Below, piece after piece: positions 18,872-29,185 of a stretch of DNA of 64,000 bases (its first letter is position 1; every line of letters begins with the position of its first letter). Position numbers and translations under genes: made by a program. The stretch comes from Candidatus Latescibacterota bacterium (lineage in GTDB: Bacteria > Latescibacterota > UBA2968 > UBA8231), in assembly GCA_965261395.1 (NCBI GenBank), contig OZ253462.1, positions 1,568,001 through 1,632,000 of the forward strand. Reading direction: 5' to 3'. The notes under the pieces were generated by a model. It searched no databases and was not told the origin of the DNA. It saw nothing but the letters and a program-made list of their open reading frames with translations.

Positions 18872-20665
18872 TTATTCCCACTCCACCGTGCCCGGCGGCT
18901 TGTGGGTAATGTCGTAGAAGACTGCCTCAATTCCCGCTAGCGCCAACAGCCGCTCGCACACGTCGTCCAAAAACGCCTGCGGCAATGTGCAAAAGCGTGC
19001 GGTCATAAAGTCGGAAGTCGCAATCGGCCGCAGCACCACACTCTCTTGGACTCCATCCGACGACAGCGGCAGCAGCACCGTTGGCATCTGGGTTACTTCC
19101 TCCATCAGCCCGTGGCGCTCCAACGCCTCCATGCTAATGGCATCGGCCCGGCGCAGGAGATCGAGCCGGTCGCGGGTTAAATACCCCACCTTGAGGCTTT
19201 GCTGCGGCCGCGGTATCGGCCCCAGCAGGTATATCACCCGATTGATCGACGGGAAGTTATTAGTCAGCTCGGTGGACAGCGCCTCCAGCGTCTTCCACTC
19301 GCTCTGGCCAGAGACCACCGCTGGATGCGCGTAGGTCCGCGCATCCCCCTGCACGCCGACGCTGCGCAACGGCAGCACATCGAGCGCTAGGCCGAATGTT
19401 GACGCCACCTTTTGCGCCTCAGCGACCGTCTCGGGTGCTACGTTCTCCGCGCTGGGCCCCTCGCTGCACAAGACCCGGACCGCCAGCCCCGGCCCTGGGA
19501 ACGGATGCCGCCAGACCAAGTGGTGCGGCAAGCCGAGCGTCTCGCCCAAGGTGCGCGCCTCGTCCTTGTAGAGCTGATCTAGCGGCTCGACGACCTTGCC
19601 CTCGGCCAACAGCTGATCGATGACGCCGACTCGATTGTGGTGGGTCTTGATGACCGCTGCGTTTTCCGTGCCGCCGGACTCGATAGTATCCGTGTAGAGC
19701 GTCCCTTGGCCCAACAGCCACTCGTCCGGGTCCAATGCCAGCGCCGCTAGCGCCCGGTCGCGGACGCGGATGAACTCCTCGCCGATCCGCAGCCGCTTCT
19801 CCTCTGGGTCGGCAATCCCCTCCGTGGCGGCGAGGAATTCCGTGCTGGCATCGACAACTTCTAGATTGTGCAGACCCGCCCCCTTCATCAGCCGCTCGAC
19901 CAGCGCGGTCTCGCCCTCGCGCATAAAGCCGTTGTCAATGTGCAAGCCCAGCACCCGCTCTGCGCCCAAGGCGCGGTTGAGCAGGAGGAACGCCACCGAC
20001 GAATCGACCCCACCGCTGACGAACAGAAAGACGTTGCGCCCCTTAGCCTGCTGCTGGATCCGCTCTATCACCTGCTCGATGTAGCGCTCCATCGTCCAAC
20101 TCCGCTCCGCGCCGCAGAGCATGGCGAAGTTATCGAGGATGTCCATGCCCCGGACGGTGTGCGTTACTTCTGGATGGAACTGCAAGCCGTATATCTTGCG
20201 CTCGGCGTCGCCCATTGCCGCGACCGGGCAGTCCTCGGTCGCGCCCAAGACAGTAAACCCGGGCGGCAACGCCGCAACGTGATCGCGATGGCTCATCCAC
20301 ACCCGCTCGCGTGCGTCCAACCCGCCTAGTACCCCCTCTGCCTTGTGGACTTGCAAATAGGCCGCACCAAACTCGTGGGTCGTCCCCCGCTCGACTTGGC
20401 CACCCAAGCGGTGGCAGAGCAGTTGGTGGCCGTAGCACAAGCCCAGCATCGGCTTGCCCATCGCCAAAATTTCGGGATTGTACGCCGGGGCTTGCGGGTC
20501 ATAAACGCTGGCCGGTCCGCCCGACAGAATCAGCCCGTCGGCGTCCTGCAAATCGGCTACCGCAGTCTCCGGCGAGCGGATCTCAGCATGGACGCGGAGG
20601 CGGCGAATGCGGTTGGCGATCAGGTGGGCGTACTGCCCGCCGAAGTCGAGGACGACGATGCTCAC
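18872..20665 (-). CDS. guaA: GMP synthase (glutamine-hydrolysing)
   Basis: LDFGGQY, GLCYGHQ, QFHPEV, SGGVDS, IKTHHN and KPPGTVEWE motifs. Confidence 0.97.
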   Translation of the reverse strand: MSIVVLDFGGQYAHLIANRIRRLRVHAEIRSPETAVADLQDADGLILSGGPASVYDPQAPAYNPEILAMGKPMLGLCYGHQLLCHRLGGQVERGTTHEFGAAYLQVHKAEGVLGGLDARERVWMSHRDHVAALPPGFTVLGATEDCPVAAMGDAERKIYGLQFHPEVTHTVRGMDILDNFAMLCGAERSWTMERYIEQVIERIQQQAKGRNVFLFVSGGVDSSVAFLLLNRALGAERVLGLHIDNGFMREGETALVERLMKGAGLHNLEVVDASTEFLAATEGIADPEEKRLRIGEEFIRVRDRALAALALDPDEWLLGQGTLYTDTIESGGTENAAVIKTHHNRVGVIDQLLAEGKVVEPLDQLYKDEARTLGETLGLPHHLVWRHPFPGPGLAVRVLCSEGPSAENVAPETVAEAQKVASTFGLALDVLPLRSVGVQGDARTYAHPAVVSGQSEWKTLEALSTELTNNFPSINRVIYLLGPIPRPQQSLKVGYLTRDRLDLLRRADAISMEALERHGLMEEVTQMPTVLLPLSSDGVQESVVLRPIATSDFMTARFCTLPQAFLDDVCERLLALAGIEAVFYDITHKPPGTVEWE

Positions 20666-20668
20666 GAT

Positions 20669-21214
20669 TTATACCTGTCCTTTCAGGCTACCCCACGAAA
20701 TGGGTGCTACATTTGTCTGCTCAGCAGTAAGATACAAGCCAGCGCCAATGTAATAGGATACACCCTCAATCTCGATGGGGGCCACGTAGCTTACCTTGGG
20801 GGATTCGTCGGCTCCTTCTATCGCTGGATTATCCCAGAGGTACTCCACAAAGCCGCCTCCGGCTTGTGCGGCCGCGATATTCTGCTGCGTGATCTTAACG
20901 CCATTGCTATCCTCTTGGTCAATATTATTGGTGCCTTCGCGCGAGGGGATAGTTGCGTGAAAGAAACTCGTACCCTCAAAATCGGTGATGAAAATATAAA
21001 TCGGCCCATGTCTCCATTCTTCGTCGGTCCTGAAGGACTCCAAAATGGCCGTCCGTGCCGCCTCATCCTGTGCGGACTCCAATAGGCTCTTCGCTTCTAT
21101 AACAAAATTTTTCAGCGTCTCCCGATCAACCACATCGCTTGCCGCGGCCGCGGCTTTTTCTACTCCGCCGAACAGCCCTATCGCCACTAGGACAAGTGAC
21201 AACATGCGGATCAT
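20669..21214 (-). CDS. exported single Cache-domain protein
   Basis: Signal peptide; IYIFITD...DSNGVKI...GGGFVEYLW...KVSYV; C-terminal SWGSLK. Confidence 0.85.
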   Translation of the reverse strand: MIRMLSLVLVAIGLFGGVEKAAAAASDVVDRETLKNFVIEAKSLLESAQDEAARTAILESFRTDEEWRHGPIYIFITDFEGTSFFHATIPSREGTNNIDQEDSNGVKITQQNIAAAQAGGGFVEYLWDNPAIEGADESPKVSYVAPIEIEGVSYYIGAGLYLTAEQTNVAPISWGSLKGQV

Positions 21215-21345
21215 GGTCTTCTCCTCGTAGTTAATTAATGAGTTCTGTGTTCAGTTACAATCAGTACGTAAAGGGGCTTTCGGCATATAGTCAAGGCGCG
21301 GCGGGAGCCTTTTCTCACGCCTCCACCGGACTATATTTGGTCGCT

Positions 21346-22641
21346 ATGCCCTCCTCTCATCCACCCACCCCATCTGAACGCCTGCGTCCCGAGCTGGGGC
21401 TAATCGGCGCTATCGCCCTCGGCTTGGGATCGATCGTCGGCACCGGCGTCTTTGTCAGCATTGGTATCGGCGCTGGCATCGCTGGACCAGCGGTCCTAGT
21501 CGCCATCGCCATCGCGGCGCTGGTCGCTCTTTGCAACGGCCTGTCCAGCGCCCAGCTCGCCGCCAGTCATCCGCTCAGCGGTGGCACGTATCAATACGGC
21601 TATGAGTACGCTTCGCCAGCCATCGGCTTTATTGCCGGGTGGATGTTCCTTTGCGCCAAGAGCGCGACCGCGGCGACCGCGGCGATGGGCCTGGCCGGCT
21701 ACCTGCTCAACGCGCTAGATCAAACCGGATTGATTACCCCGGTCGCCCTAGCAGCCGTGTTAGCGCTCACCCTCGTCTCCCTCATGGGCATCAACCGCAC
21801 CAACAAGGTCAACATCGCCATCGTCGCCGCGACACTTTGCTCGCTACTCATCTTCATCTTCGCTGGCACGCCCAGCGCTCTGCACAACCTGCGTCTGACC
21901 CCCTTCTTGGGCGACGACGGCTGGTCGGCCCTGTTGCAAGCCAGCGCCTTAATGTTCGTCGCCTATACGGGCTACGGTCGCATCGCCACGCTTGGCGAAG
22001 AAGTGCACCAACCCCGCAAGACGATCCCCCGCGCCATCGTCGCCGCGCTGCTCATCGCCATGATGCTCTACATCGGCGTCGGTGCCGTCGCCATAGCCGC
22101 CGTAGGGTCGGAGGCGTTCTACTCGGCCACTATGGACAAGGCCGCTCCCCTAAAGGTCATCGCCCGGACCTTTGACGTACCCGGCATCTCTTGGATCCTA
22201 GCCTTGGGGGCTATCACCGCCATGGCTGGAGTGCTGCTCAACCTGATCCTCGGTCTGTCGCGAGTCCTGCTGGCTATGGGCCGTCGCGGGGACATGCCCC
22301 GGGCACTTGCCCGCCTCAATCGGGACCAGACTACACCCTCTATTGCCGTGGTAGTCGTTGGGCTGGCGATTGCTGGGCTAGTTCTCGTAGGCGACATCAA
22401 GACCACTTGGTCCTTTAGCGCTTTCTCCATTCTGGTCTATTACGCCATCACCAACTTCTGCGCCCTGCGCTTGCCAGCCGACCAACGGCTCTATCCCCGG
22501 TGGATAGCCATAGTGGGCCTAGTCGCCTGCTTGGGACTGGCGTTTTTCGTCGAGAGCACAATCTGGCTCAGCGGCTTGGGACTGCTCTTGCTCGGCTGGT
22601 GTTGGCACCGCGTGGCGCAGCGCCGCATGGCGAAAGCCTAG
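21346..22641 (+). CDS. APC-family amino acid permease
   Basis: GLGSIVGTGVF, SGGTYQYG and AYTGYGRIATLGEE motifs; multiple TM helices. Confidence 0.92.
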   Translation: MPSSHPPTPSERLRPELGLIGAIALGLGSIVGTGVFVSIGIGAGIAGPAVLVAIAIAALVALCNGLSSAQLAASHPLSGGTYQYGYEYASPAIGFIAGWMFLCAKSATAATAAMGLAGYLLNALDQTGLITPVALAAVLALTLVSLMGINRTNKVNIAIVAATLCSLLIFIFAGTPSALHNLRLTPFLGDDGWSALLQASALMFVAYTGYGRIATLGEEVHQPRKTIPRAIVAALLIAMMLYIGVGAVAIAAVGSEAFYSATMDKAAPLKVIARTFDVPGISWILALGAITAMAGVLLNLILGLSRVLLAMGRRGDMPRALARLNRDQTTPSIAVVVVGLAIAGLVLVGDIKTTWSFSAFSILVYYAITNFCALRLPADQRLYPRWIAIVGLVACLGLAFFVESTIWLSGLGLLLLGWCWHRVAQRRMAKA

Positions 22642-22693
22642 GAAATCGAACGGACGCGCTTGCTCGTCTATATTACTCTACAGGTATTGCAAA

Positions 22694-22732
22694 ACAGCAG
22701 AAGAATGTGATGAGCGCATGCCCTTCTGCTGT
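22694..22732. terminator. inverted repeat between convergent genes
   Basis: ACAGCAGAAG-N19-CTTCTGCTGT. Confidence 0.4.
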
Positions 22733-22778
22733 CCCTAATCACTGATGTTATATGGGTCCGTTAGATGAGGTAGCGGCG

Positions 22779-24353
22779 CTAGTGTATTTTTGACGCCGCC
22801 TTGTCCGCGCTGCTAACCCGATCCCTCACCAGCAGCGTCGGCCGCTGCCAGCAAGCATCGTCGCGCGTTGGGTGGTCACAATTGTAGTGAACGCCGCGGC
22901 TTTCCAAGCGCTGTCGCGCCGAGCGGGCAATGAGCGTAGCCACGGTCGCCAAGTTGCGTAGCTGCACTAACTCGGCGTCGAGCCGATGCCCGCTGTACAA
23001 AGCTTCAATTTCTCGCGCCATCCGCTCCGTCTCCGCACAAGCTCGCTGCAAGCCTCGGTCGCTGCGCACGATCCCCACTTCGTCCCACATCAAGCGCCGC
23101 AGCAACTCCCGCCGCTCCTCCAGCGCATCAGACGCAATAGCATCGCCCGTATGCTCCATCTCGAACTGGCCCGCAGCCACGGGCGCGGCTGTACTGGCGT
23201 GCTCGACAGCGCGGCGCGCAAAAACCAACCCTTCCAACAGCGAGTTGCTCGCCAGCCGGTTGGCCCCCTGGAACCCGCTCATCGCCACCTCACCGGCCGC
23301 GTATAGACCCGCAATATCCGTCTGACCGTGCGCACCGGTCCACACCCCACCACAGCTATAGTGAGCCGCCGGCACCACCGGGATCGGCGTCTTAGTCATG
23401 TCCACGCCCATCCCCAGACAATGCTGATAGATGTTGGGGAAGCGGTGACGGGTCTGGTCGGCGTCTTGGCCGGTGACGTCCAAATAGACGCACTCAGCAC
23501 CGCTTTGCTGCATCTGCGCGACAATGGCCCGCGACACCACATCGCGCGTCTGCAACGGGTCGGTAAACGCCGCGCCGCACTCGTCGATCAGCACCGCGCC
23601 AAAGCCGCGCAAAGCCTCGGTAATCAGGAATGAGGCCCGCCCCGGATCGTAGAGCATGGTCGGGTGGAACTGCATAAACTCCATGTTGCTCACCCTCGCT
23701 CCGGCCCGCCAAGCCATGGCAACCCCATCGCCGGAAGCCACGCGCGGGTTGGTGGTGTGCAAAAAGACCTGCCCGCAACCACCCGTAGCCAGCAGCGTAA
23801 CCGGCGCTAAGGCGGTGATGGGCGCTACTTGCTCTGAGTCCAATACCCAAGCCCCGCGACAACGCCGCTGATCGTCCACGATCAGGTCCACGGCCAAATG
23901 GTGATCGTACAAGGTCACCTGCGGCAGCGCTTGCACGGCCGCGACCAAGGCGCGCGTCACCTCGCGGCCAGTCATATCGTCCGCATGCACCACCCGCGCA
24001 TGCGCGTGGCCACCTTCGCGCCCCAACGCCAACACCCCGGGCCGCGCTTGGTTAAACTGCGCGCCAATCGCCAGCAATTCGGCCACCACCTCCGGCCCTT
24101 CGGCCACCACCCCTTCGGCGACCGCGCGGTCGCACAGGCCAGCGCCCGCCGCGAGCGTGTCTTGCGCGTGGCTGGCAACCGAATCGGCTGCATCCATGGC
24201 CGCGGCAATGCCGCCTTGCGCGTATTGAGTGTTGGACTCGCGCCGCTCGCGCTTGGTCACCACAGCCACAGACCCGTGCTGCGCGGCTTTGAGGGCAAAG
24301 AACAAACCGGCAATACCGCTGCCGAGAACGAGATAATCCGCCTCAATTTTCAT
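22779..24353 (-). CDS. nadB: L-aspartate oxidase
   Basis: GSGIAG, YAQGGIAA, REGGH, QFHPT and GANRLASNSLLE motifs; ATG overlaps the upstream stop. Confidence 0.95.
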   Translation of the reverse strand: MKIEADYLVLGSGIAGLFFALKAAQHGSVAVVTKRERRESNTQYAQGGIAAAMDAADSVASHAQDTLAAGAGLCDRAVAEGVVAEGPEVVAELLAIGAQFNQARPGVLALGREGGHAHARVVHADDMTGREVTRALVAAVQALPQVTLYDHHLAVDLIVDDQRRCRGAWVLDSEQVAPITALAPVTLLATGGCGQVFLHTTNPRVASGDGVAMAWRAGARVSNMEFMQFHPTMLYDPGRASFLITEALRGFGAVLIDECGAAFTDPLQTRDVVSRAIVAQMQQSGAECVYLDVTGQDADQTRHRFPNIYQHCLGMGVDMTKTPIPVVPAAHYSCGGVWTGAHGQTDIAGLYAAGEVAMSGFQGANRLASNSLLEGLVFARRAVEHASTAAPVAAGQFEMEHTGDAIASDALEERRELLRRLMWDEVGIVRSDRGLQRACAETERMAREIEALYSGHRLDAELVQLRNLATVATLIARSARQRLESRGVHYNCDHPTRDDACWQRPTLLVRDRVSSADKAASKIH

Positions 24354-27001
24354 TTGATAAAGACCATTTTTTTGGCGTGGGCAATCGGCCCGACGCGCAA
24401 CACATAGTAATACATACCACTGGCCACGCGCTCGCCCCGCTTGTCGCGACCATCCCAAGAAACGCTGTACAACCCCGGGGATGCCAACCCCTCAACCAAG
24501 TGCCGCACCAAGCCGCCGGTCAAGGTGCGGACTTCGAACTCGACCGTAGTCTCGCCGGCGACAATGGGGTCGTTGATCCCGATCTGATAGTCGATCTGCG
24601 TAGCCTCGTTGAACGGGTTGGGGTAATTCTGCCCCAAGGCAAAGTCCAAGGGTATGCGCGGGTCGAAGTTGAGGAAGGGCCGCCAGCGAACATCGCCGCT
24701 AATCCGGGCCTCGATCCAGCTCTCGTCCTCGTTCCCCCACCAATTGTTGATCGCCTGCAGCGGTTGATTGGATTGATTGTCGAGCAATTGCTCACTGTCT
24801 TGGACGCCGTTCAAGACCAGCCGCGCCGGCACCGCGCTCCCCTCCACCCGCAGGGCCAACGCATTGCGGAAGAATTGATTGCGCACAATGCGCGGGCGCG
24901 CGTTTCTAGACCAAAGGCCGACCTCGTGATTGTACAGCGCGTTGTTCTCGATCTCGACTTCTCGCGTCTCCACGCAGAGAATCCCAATCCCACCGGTAAA
25001 TGAATTGCCCGCCACCTTGCCGCTGGTCCCTCGCCCCAAGACCAAGTTGGCCTCCTCGGGCGCAGCCGAGCCGTTGGTGTTGAAACGGCTGTCGAGCAAT
25101 GACAAAAACCCGCCTTCGCGCCAGAGGCCAGCGCGGCCATTGTCGTGCAGCTCGGCTTGGTGTATCCGCGTCAAGGCCGGACCGGCGATCCAAATGCCCA
25201 CTCCACCCGCTTCCTCGACGCGCACGCGATCTAAGAGAATCTCCTCTTCGACCTTTTCTAAGCGAATGCCGTCCGCGCTGACGTGGCGGATTGTCACATC
25301 TTCTAAGGTAATGGCGTGGTCGATCTTTTCGGCCCATAGCCCATAGTGGGCGTGGTCGATGAGGACGCTGCGCAAATAGGCCGAGGCCGTTAGGCGCAGC
25401 ACGAGTCCTTGCCAATCCCCGGGCTTGGGGTCGGCGGCGGCCGAGCGGAAGGCGGTTTGCCCCTGCCCCGAAGCGCCGACGAAGAGATCGCCGTACACCA
25501 TCAGCTCCACGCGCGCCGTATCCTCACCCGCAGCCAGCGCGTCTGACCCCACCAACACCTGCGTGCCAGCGCGGACATCGAGCTGCCCTCCGGGCAGGAC
25601 GGTCACGTCGCCTGCGACCTCAATGCGGTCTTTCCACACCTCGACGCCAGCAATCGGGCCAGCGCGGCGGCGATCTTGCAGCTTGAGGTCGGCCACCATC
25701 TGGTCGCCCTCGCGGCGGATGCGGGTCACACTAACCCCAGGCGTGGACGCTGGGTTGGACGCAGCCCAGAAGTCGGTAAATTGCTCGCCGTCAAACACGT
25801 CGGTGGCGTCTCCGAGGTTGCCGCCAAAATCCGTGCGATAGCGCTCGTCGTGCGCCCAAAAGTCGAGGTTGTCGCGGCCTCTAAACGGAGACGGCTTGCC
25901 GCCCAAAGGGAAACCCGCATCGCCAAAAAGCCCATCGGCGCATACTAAATCCACCCATTTGTTGACTTCCGCATTGTTGCCGCTGCGAGCGGGGTTTATG
26001 CGCCAGATTAGCAAGCCCTCGCCGGGCAGATTGCGCTCGTAGTAGCTGTGCTGGCCGCTGCGGAACTCCACGAGGAAAAAGTGCTCGGCGGGCGCGAGCG
26101 CGGGCAATAGGTACACCGCACCGCCGGCGTTGACATCGGCAAAGACCACGTCGTCTTGGTCCGTGCTCAGCACTTCGAGCTGTTGGTTATTTACCCCCAG
26201 CCAGCCGAGTTGTCCCAAACTCCAAGCGCAAAAGGGGTTTGGACCATCTACCTCGTCCCAACCTCGATTGCCGTGCCCCATCAACCCCCAATAGCCAATG
26301 CCGCCCGAGTCGTCGTCCGGCTCGGTCCCAGAGTCGCGGTCATACAGGTCCGGTAAGCCCAGAAAGTGCCCAAACTCGTGGGCCATGCTGCCCGCGGCCT
26401 CGGCAAAAGACCGCCCGAGCTGAACGGTGCCGTTGTCCGAGCGGACCTGGATGAAGCCGCCGCGTTGGGCGCGGTCTTTGCTCACAAAGTCGTTGACCAA
26501 CCCGAGTCGGGCGACGCCTGTGGCCTCTTCGGTGATAAAGCCCGTCGGGGCCGAGGCCGAGACAAGAAAAATAAAATCCACGTATCCATCGTCGTCGCCG
26601 GAATTAGGCACCCCGTCGGGGCCGTCGTTGTCGTAGCGGCCAAAATCCACGTCGGCATCAACGGCGGTTATGACCTCGCGGGCAAAGCGGCCATAACCGC
26701 TCTCCTCGCCTGCGTACGCATCGGCATTGTTGAGGGCCACATACCAGCGGGGCAGCACCTCGCCGGTAAGCGTGAACTGCCCGCGCGACATCTCTCGGTA
26801 GAAGTGGGTCAGGCTGCCCGGCTGCTCGGCGAAAATCCTCGTCGCAAAAGACGGGATCTCGCTGCCCAAGCTGCGCTCGTCGGCAAAGTGCGCGAAGATG
26901 GTCAGGGCGTGGATGTGTCCGGTTTGGGAGGCGACGCCTTGTAGAGGGGTCGCGCCGATCTCTGCGGCGATGAGTGCGACGAGCAGTAGAAGGCTTTTCA
27001 T
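24350..27001 (-). CDS. secreted M6 (immune inhibitor A-like) metalloprotease with beta-helix region and FlgD-Ig C-terminal domain
   Basis: Signal MKSLLLLVALIAA; AHEFGHFLGLPDLYD; QNYPNPFN...WDGRDKRGERVASGMYYY. Confidence 0.9.
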   Translation of the reverse strand: MKSLLLLVALIAAEIGATPLQGVASQTGHIHALTIFAHFADERSLGSEIPSFATRIFAEQPGSLTHFYREMSRGQFTLTGEVLPRWYVALNNADAYAGEESGYGRFAREVITAVDADVDFGRYDNDGPDGVPNSGDDDGYVDFIFLVSASAPTGFITEEATGVARLGLVNDFVSKDRAQRGGFIQVRSDNGTVQLGRSFAEAAGSMAHEFGHFLGLPDLYDRDSGTEPDDDSGGIGYWGLMGHGNRGWDEVDGPNPFCAWSLGQLGWLGVNNQQLEVLSTDQDDVVFADVNAGGAVYLLPALAPAEHFFLVEFRSGQHSYYERNLPGEGLLIWRINPARSGNNAEVNKWVDLVCADGLFGDAGFPLGGKPSPFRGRDNLDFWAHDERYRTDFGGNLGDATDVFDGEQFTDFWAASNPASTPGVSVTRIRREGDQMVADLKLQDRRRAGPIAGVEVWKDRIEVAGDVTVLPGGQLDVRAGTQVLVGSDALAAGEDTARVELMVYGDLFVGASGQGQTAFRSAAADPKPGDWQGLVLRLTASAYLRSVLIDHAHYGLWAEKIDHAITLEDVTIRHVSADGIRLEKVEEEILLDRVRVEEAGGVGIWIAGPALTRIHQAELHDNGRAGLWREGGFLSLLDSRFNTNGSAAPEEANLVLGRGTSGKVAGNSFTGGIGILCVETREVEIENNALYNHEVGLWSRNARPRIVRNQFFRNALALRVEGSAVPARLVLNGVQDSEQLLDNQSNQPLQAINNWWGNEDESWIEARISGDVRWRPFLNFDPRIPLDFALGQNYPNPFNEATQIDYQIGINDPIVAGETTVEFEVRTLTGGLVRHLVEGLASPGLYSVSWDGRDKRGERVASGMYYYVLRVGPIAHAKKMVFIK

Positions 27002-27026
27002 ACAAAAAGTCTGCAAGATCGCAATC

Positions 27027-27051
27027 GTAGGGGCAACCCTCGTGGTTGCCT
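27027..27051 (+). repeat. GTAG-type REP-like palindrome
   Basis: GTAG-GGGCAACC-CTCGT-GGTTGCCT. Confidence 0.5.
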
Positions 27052-27468
27052 TATGGGGGACGGAGCAGACCTTACTTACGGTTGGCGACGACCGAATTGC
27101 AGATGAAAGCGATACAACAGTAGTAAGTACAAAAACAATAGACGCAATTCTAATTCGGTCGGTTTGCGGTTGACGGCGGCGTGAGCTTGTTGGGAGGCGA
27201 TTGCAGTGTTGACTCCGGCGTCGGCAGAAGACAACAGCCACATTACGATCCCAAATATCAGGGATATGCCGACTCCCCCGATGAGAAAGAGGCCCCAAGC
27301 TATCCAGTTAAAAAATGTACACAAGAGACCTGTAACGAAACGTTTTTGACCTTTTCAGAGGCATCGAATGCTCCCAGGGCCACGTCTATCAGCCAATTGA
27401 GACATGTACCGATGCCTAGTAGAGCACCTTCATATGCAAGGCCCTCGTAAGTGCCCTATGCCCGGCAC

Positions 27469-29022
27469 CTATCGCCTGTCAGCATCACCTCCCATCCAGT
27501 CGATCTGTACCCCGCCGTAGCGCCTAATCCGCTGGTCCTGCTGCATCCGGTAGCGCCCGCTCAGCACCCATCCCCGCCAAGAGACCGAGACCAGCGCGTA
27601 GCCGCGCCAGCCCGTGCCGTAAAGCGAGCGGATGCTCACGGCCCCGGGCAGATCCACCTCGTATTCGTAGATCCGCGTCCAATACGAATCCGTGTGGAAG
27701 CGACTCACGTGCAAGGTGAGCCAGCGCGTCTTATACCGCACGCTGCCCAGCAGACCCCACTCGGCGCGAGCGGCGCGGTGCCAGCGCACCAGCTCGCCGT
27801 GCCAGCGCCAAGCTCCCCGATCCAAGTCCAAACGCCATTTGTGGCTGCGCTCCTGGACCAACTGCTCGTCCGCCCAGCGCGGCCGCAGTCGTCTCTGCCA
27901 CTGCCCACGCATCGCCCAGCGGCTACCCAATCGCCGCCGCAACTCGCCTCCCCAAGTGGCATACGTGGCCGGCACGGGTATGAAGTAGGAACGCGCAGGC
28001 CGGCGGTACACATCCGCGTAGGCGCGCCAGCCCCGCCCGCCGACTTCGACAACGCCACCCCGTTCGTTTTGCATGGCCGCAGTCCCCGGAGCCGCGCCAA
28101 AGAAGCTGTGGAACCCCGGCGCGTAGTAGCGGCCCAGCGTCCGCAGTCGCAGACCCCCATACCGCACCCGCAGTTCCCCGACCATCCCCCAGTGCCCCAC
28201 CCCATCGCCGGCCACTTCCAACGCCGCTCGGCCCCGACTCCAATCCACCCGCACATCCACGGCCCCAAGGCGCTGCTTGTCGCCGACAAAGCCCCAAGGC
28301 GTCCTCCCATTCCGGCGCAAGTCGAGACGATGGGAAAAATCCAAGGCCAGCAGGGTCGTGCCCCACTGCCAATGCTCGCCCCGCCAATGCAGTCGGCCAC
28401 CGCCAGCGCGGATGCCCAGCAGGTCTCTGCCTGCCACCTCGGTCGCGGTCACGTGATAGCCGCTCTCGGGCAGGGACCGCACTTGGCCCTGATCGTCCAA
28501 ACGCCCGTCCCGGCGCGTCCAGCCCCCGATCAGCATACCGCTCCACGCGCGGCCCTCGTAGCGCCACGCCGCGCCGCGCAAGGCGTTGTTCTCCCCGCTA
28601 GAGCGATACCCCAAGCGCCGACTGTCCCCAGCCGGCATTCTCGGCGCGATACTCCCGCGCCGGCTGCGTCCAAACACCAAGCCCGCGCCCGTGCCGGGCC
28701 GCAGGTCGCCGACGACCCATTCGGATCGTGGCCTCTGCACTGCGTAGTAAAACGTCCTAAAATCGCTCCATCCCGACTCGCCTGGATCGCGCTCGGCCAA
28801 ACCAAAAAACGCCTGTCCGCTGACTGGCGCGACCTCCACCCGCTGATACAATTGCCATCGCTCCCGATCCGCTTCAGCCCCGCGCACCCGCCACCGCACA
28901 GCCGCCGCGTCTAACCCTGCCAAATCGTCCAACCGCTGCTCCAAATAGCCCGCGTCCTCCTCCCCGAAATCCCCATCTGCCCACACCGGGCCGACCAACA
29001 TCAACACCCACAGTCGCCACAT
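27469..29022 (-). CDS. exported/outer-membrane protein resembling the C-terminal part of FCB-group ComEA-HhH proteins
   Basis: Signal peptide; ENNALRGAA, GYHVTATE and RIYEYEVDLPG...LYGTGWRGY; AGGAGG RBS. Confidence 0.65.
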   Translation of the reverse strand: MWRLWVLMLVGPVWADGDFGEEDAGYLEQRLDDLAGLDAAAVRWRVRGAEADRERWQLYQRVEVAPVSGQAFFGLAERDPGESGWSDFRTFYYAVQRPRSEWVVGDLRPGTGAGLVFGRSRRGSIAPRMPAGDSRRLGYRSSGENNALRGAAWRYEGRAWSGMLIGGWTRRDGRLDDQGQVRSLPESGYHVTATEVAGRDLLGIRAGGGRLHWRGEHWQWGTTLLALDFSHRLDLRRNGRTPWGFVGDKQRLGAVDVRVDWSRGRAALEVAGDGVGHWGMVGELRVRYGGLRLRTLGRYYAPGFHSFFGAAPGTAAMQNERGGVVEVGGRGWRAYADVYRRPARSYFIPVPATYATWGGELRRRLGSRWAMRGQWQRRLRPRWADEQLVQERSHKWRLDLDRGAWRWHGELVRWHRAARAEWGLLGSVRYKTRWLTLHVSRFHTDSYWTRIYEYEVDLPGAVSIRSLYGTGWRGYALVSVSWRGWVLSGRYRMQQDQRIRRYGGVQIDWMGGDADRR

Positions 29023-29185
29023 AGTCCTTCCTCCTTTGTCGGGACTCTTGCAATGACTGTGCCATGAGGCTCGGTCAGTGGAGTGGGCAGTGGCTAGTGT
29101 ATCCTTTATTCCCTATTCTGTTCCCTTTAGGTTACAGTCCCAAGCAGGCAGTCGCCGAGGCGGATTGGGGCCAAAGAGATCATCC

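Noticed and set aside
27002-27298. 99-aa N-terminal extension of the M6 protease ORF
   Set aside because: It crosses the REP-like element and the low-GC insert; the signal peptide starts at ATG 27001
27451-28914. 487-aa plus-strand ORF and similar long overlapping ORFs (e.g. 41564-42439, 49980-50975, 62672-63445)
   Set aside because: Antisense shadows of GC-rich genes, with Pro/Arg/Ala-biased composition and no motifs
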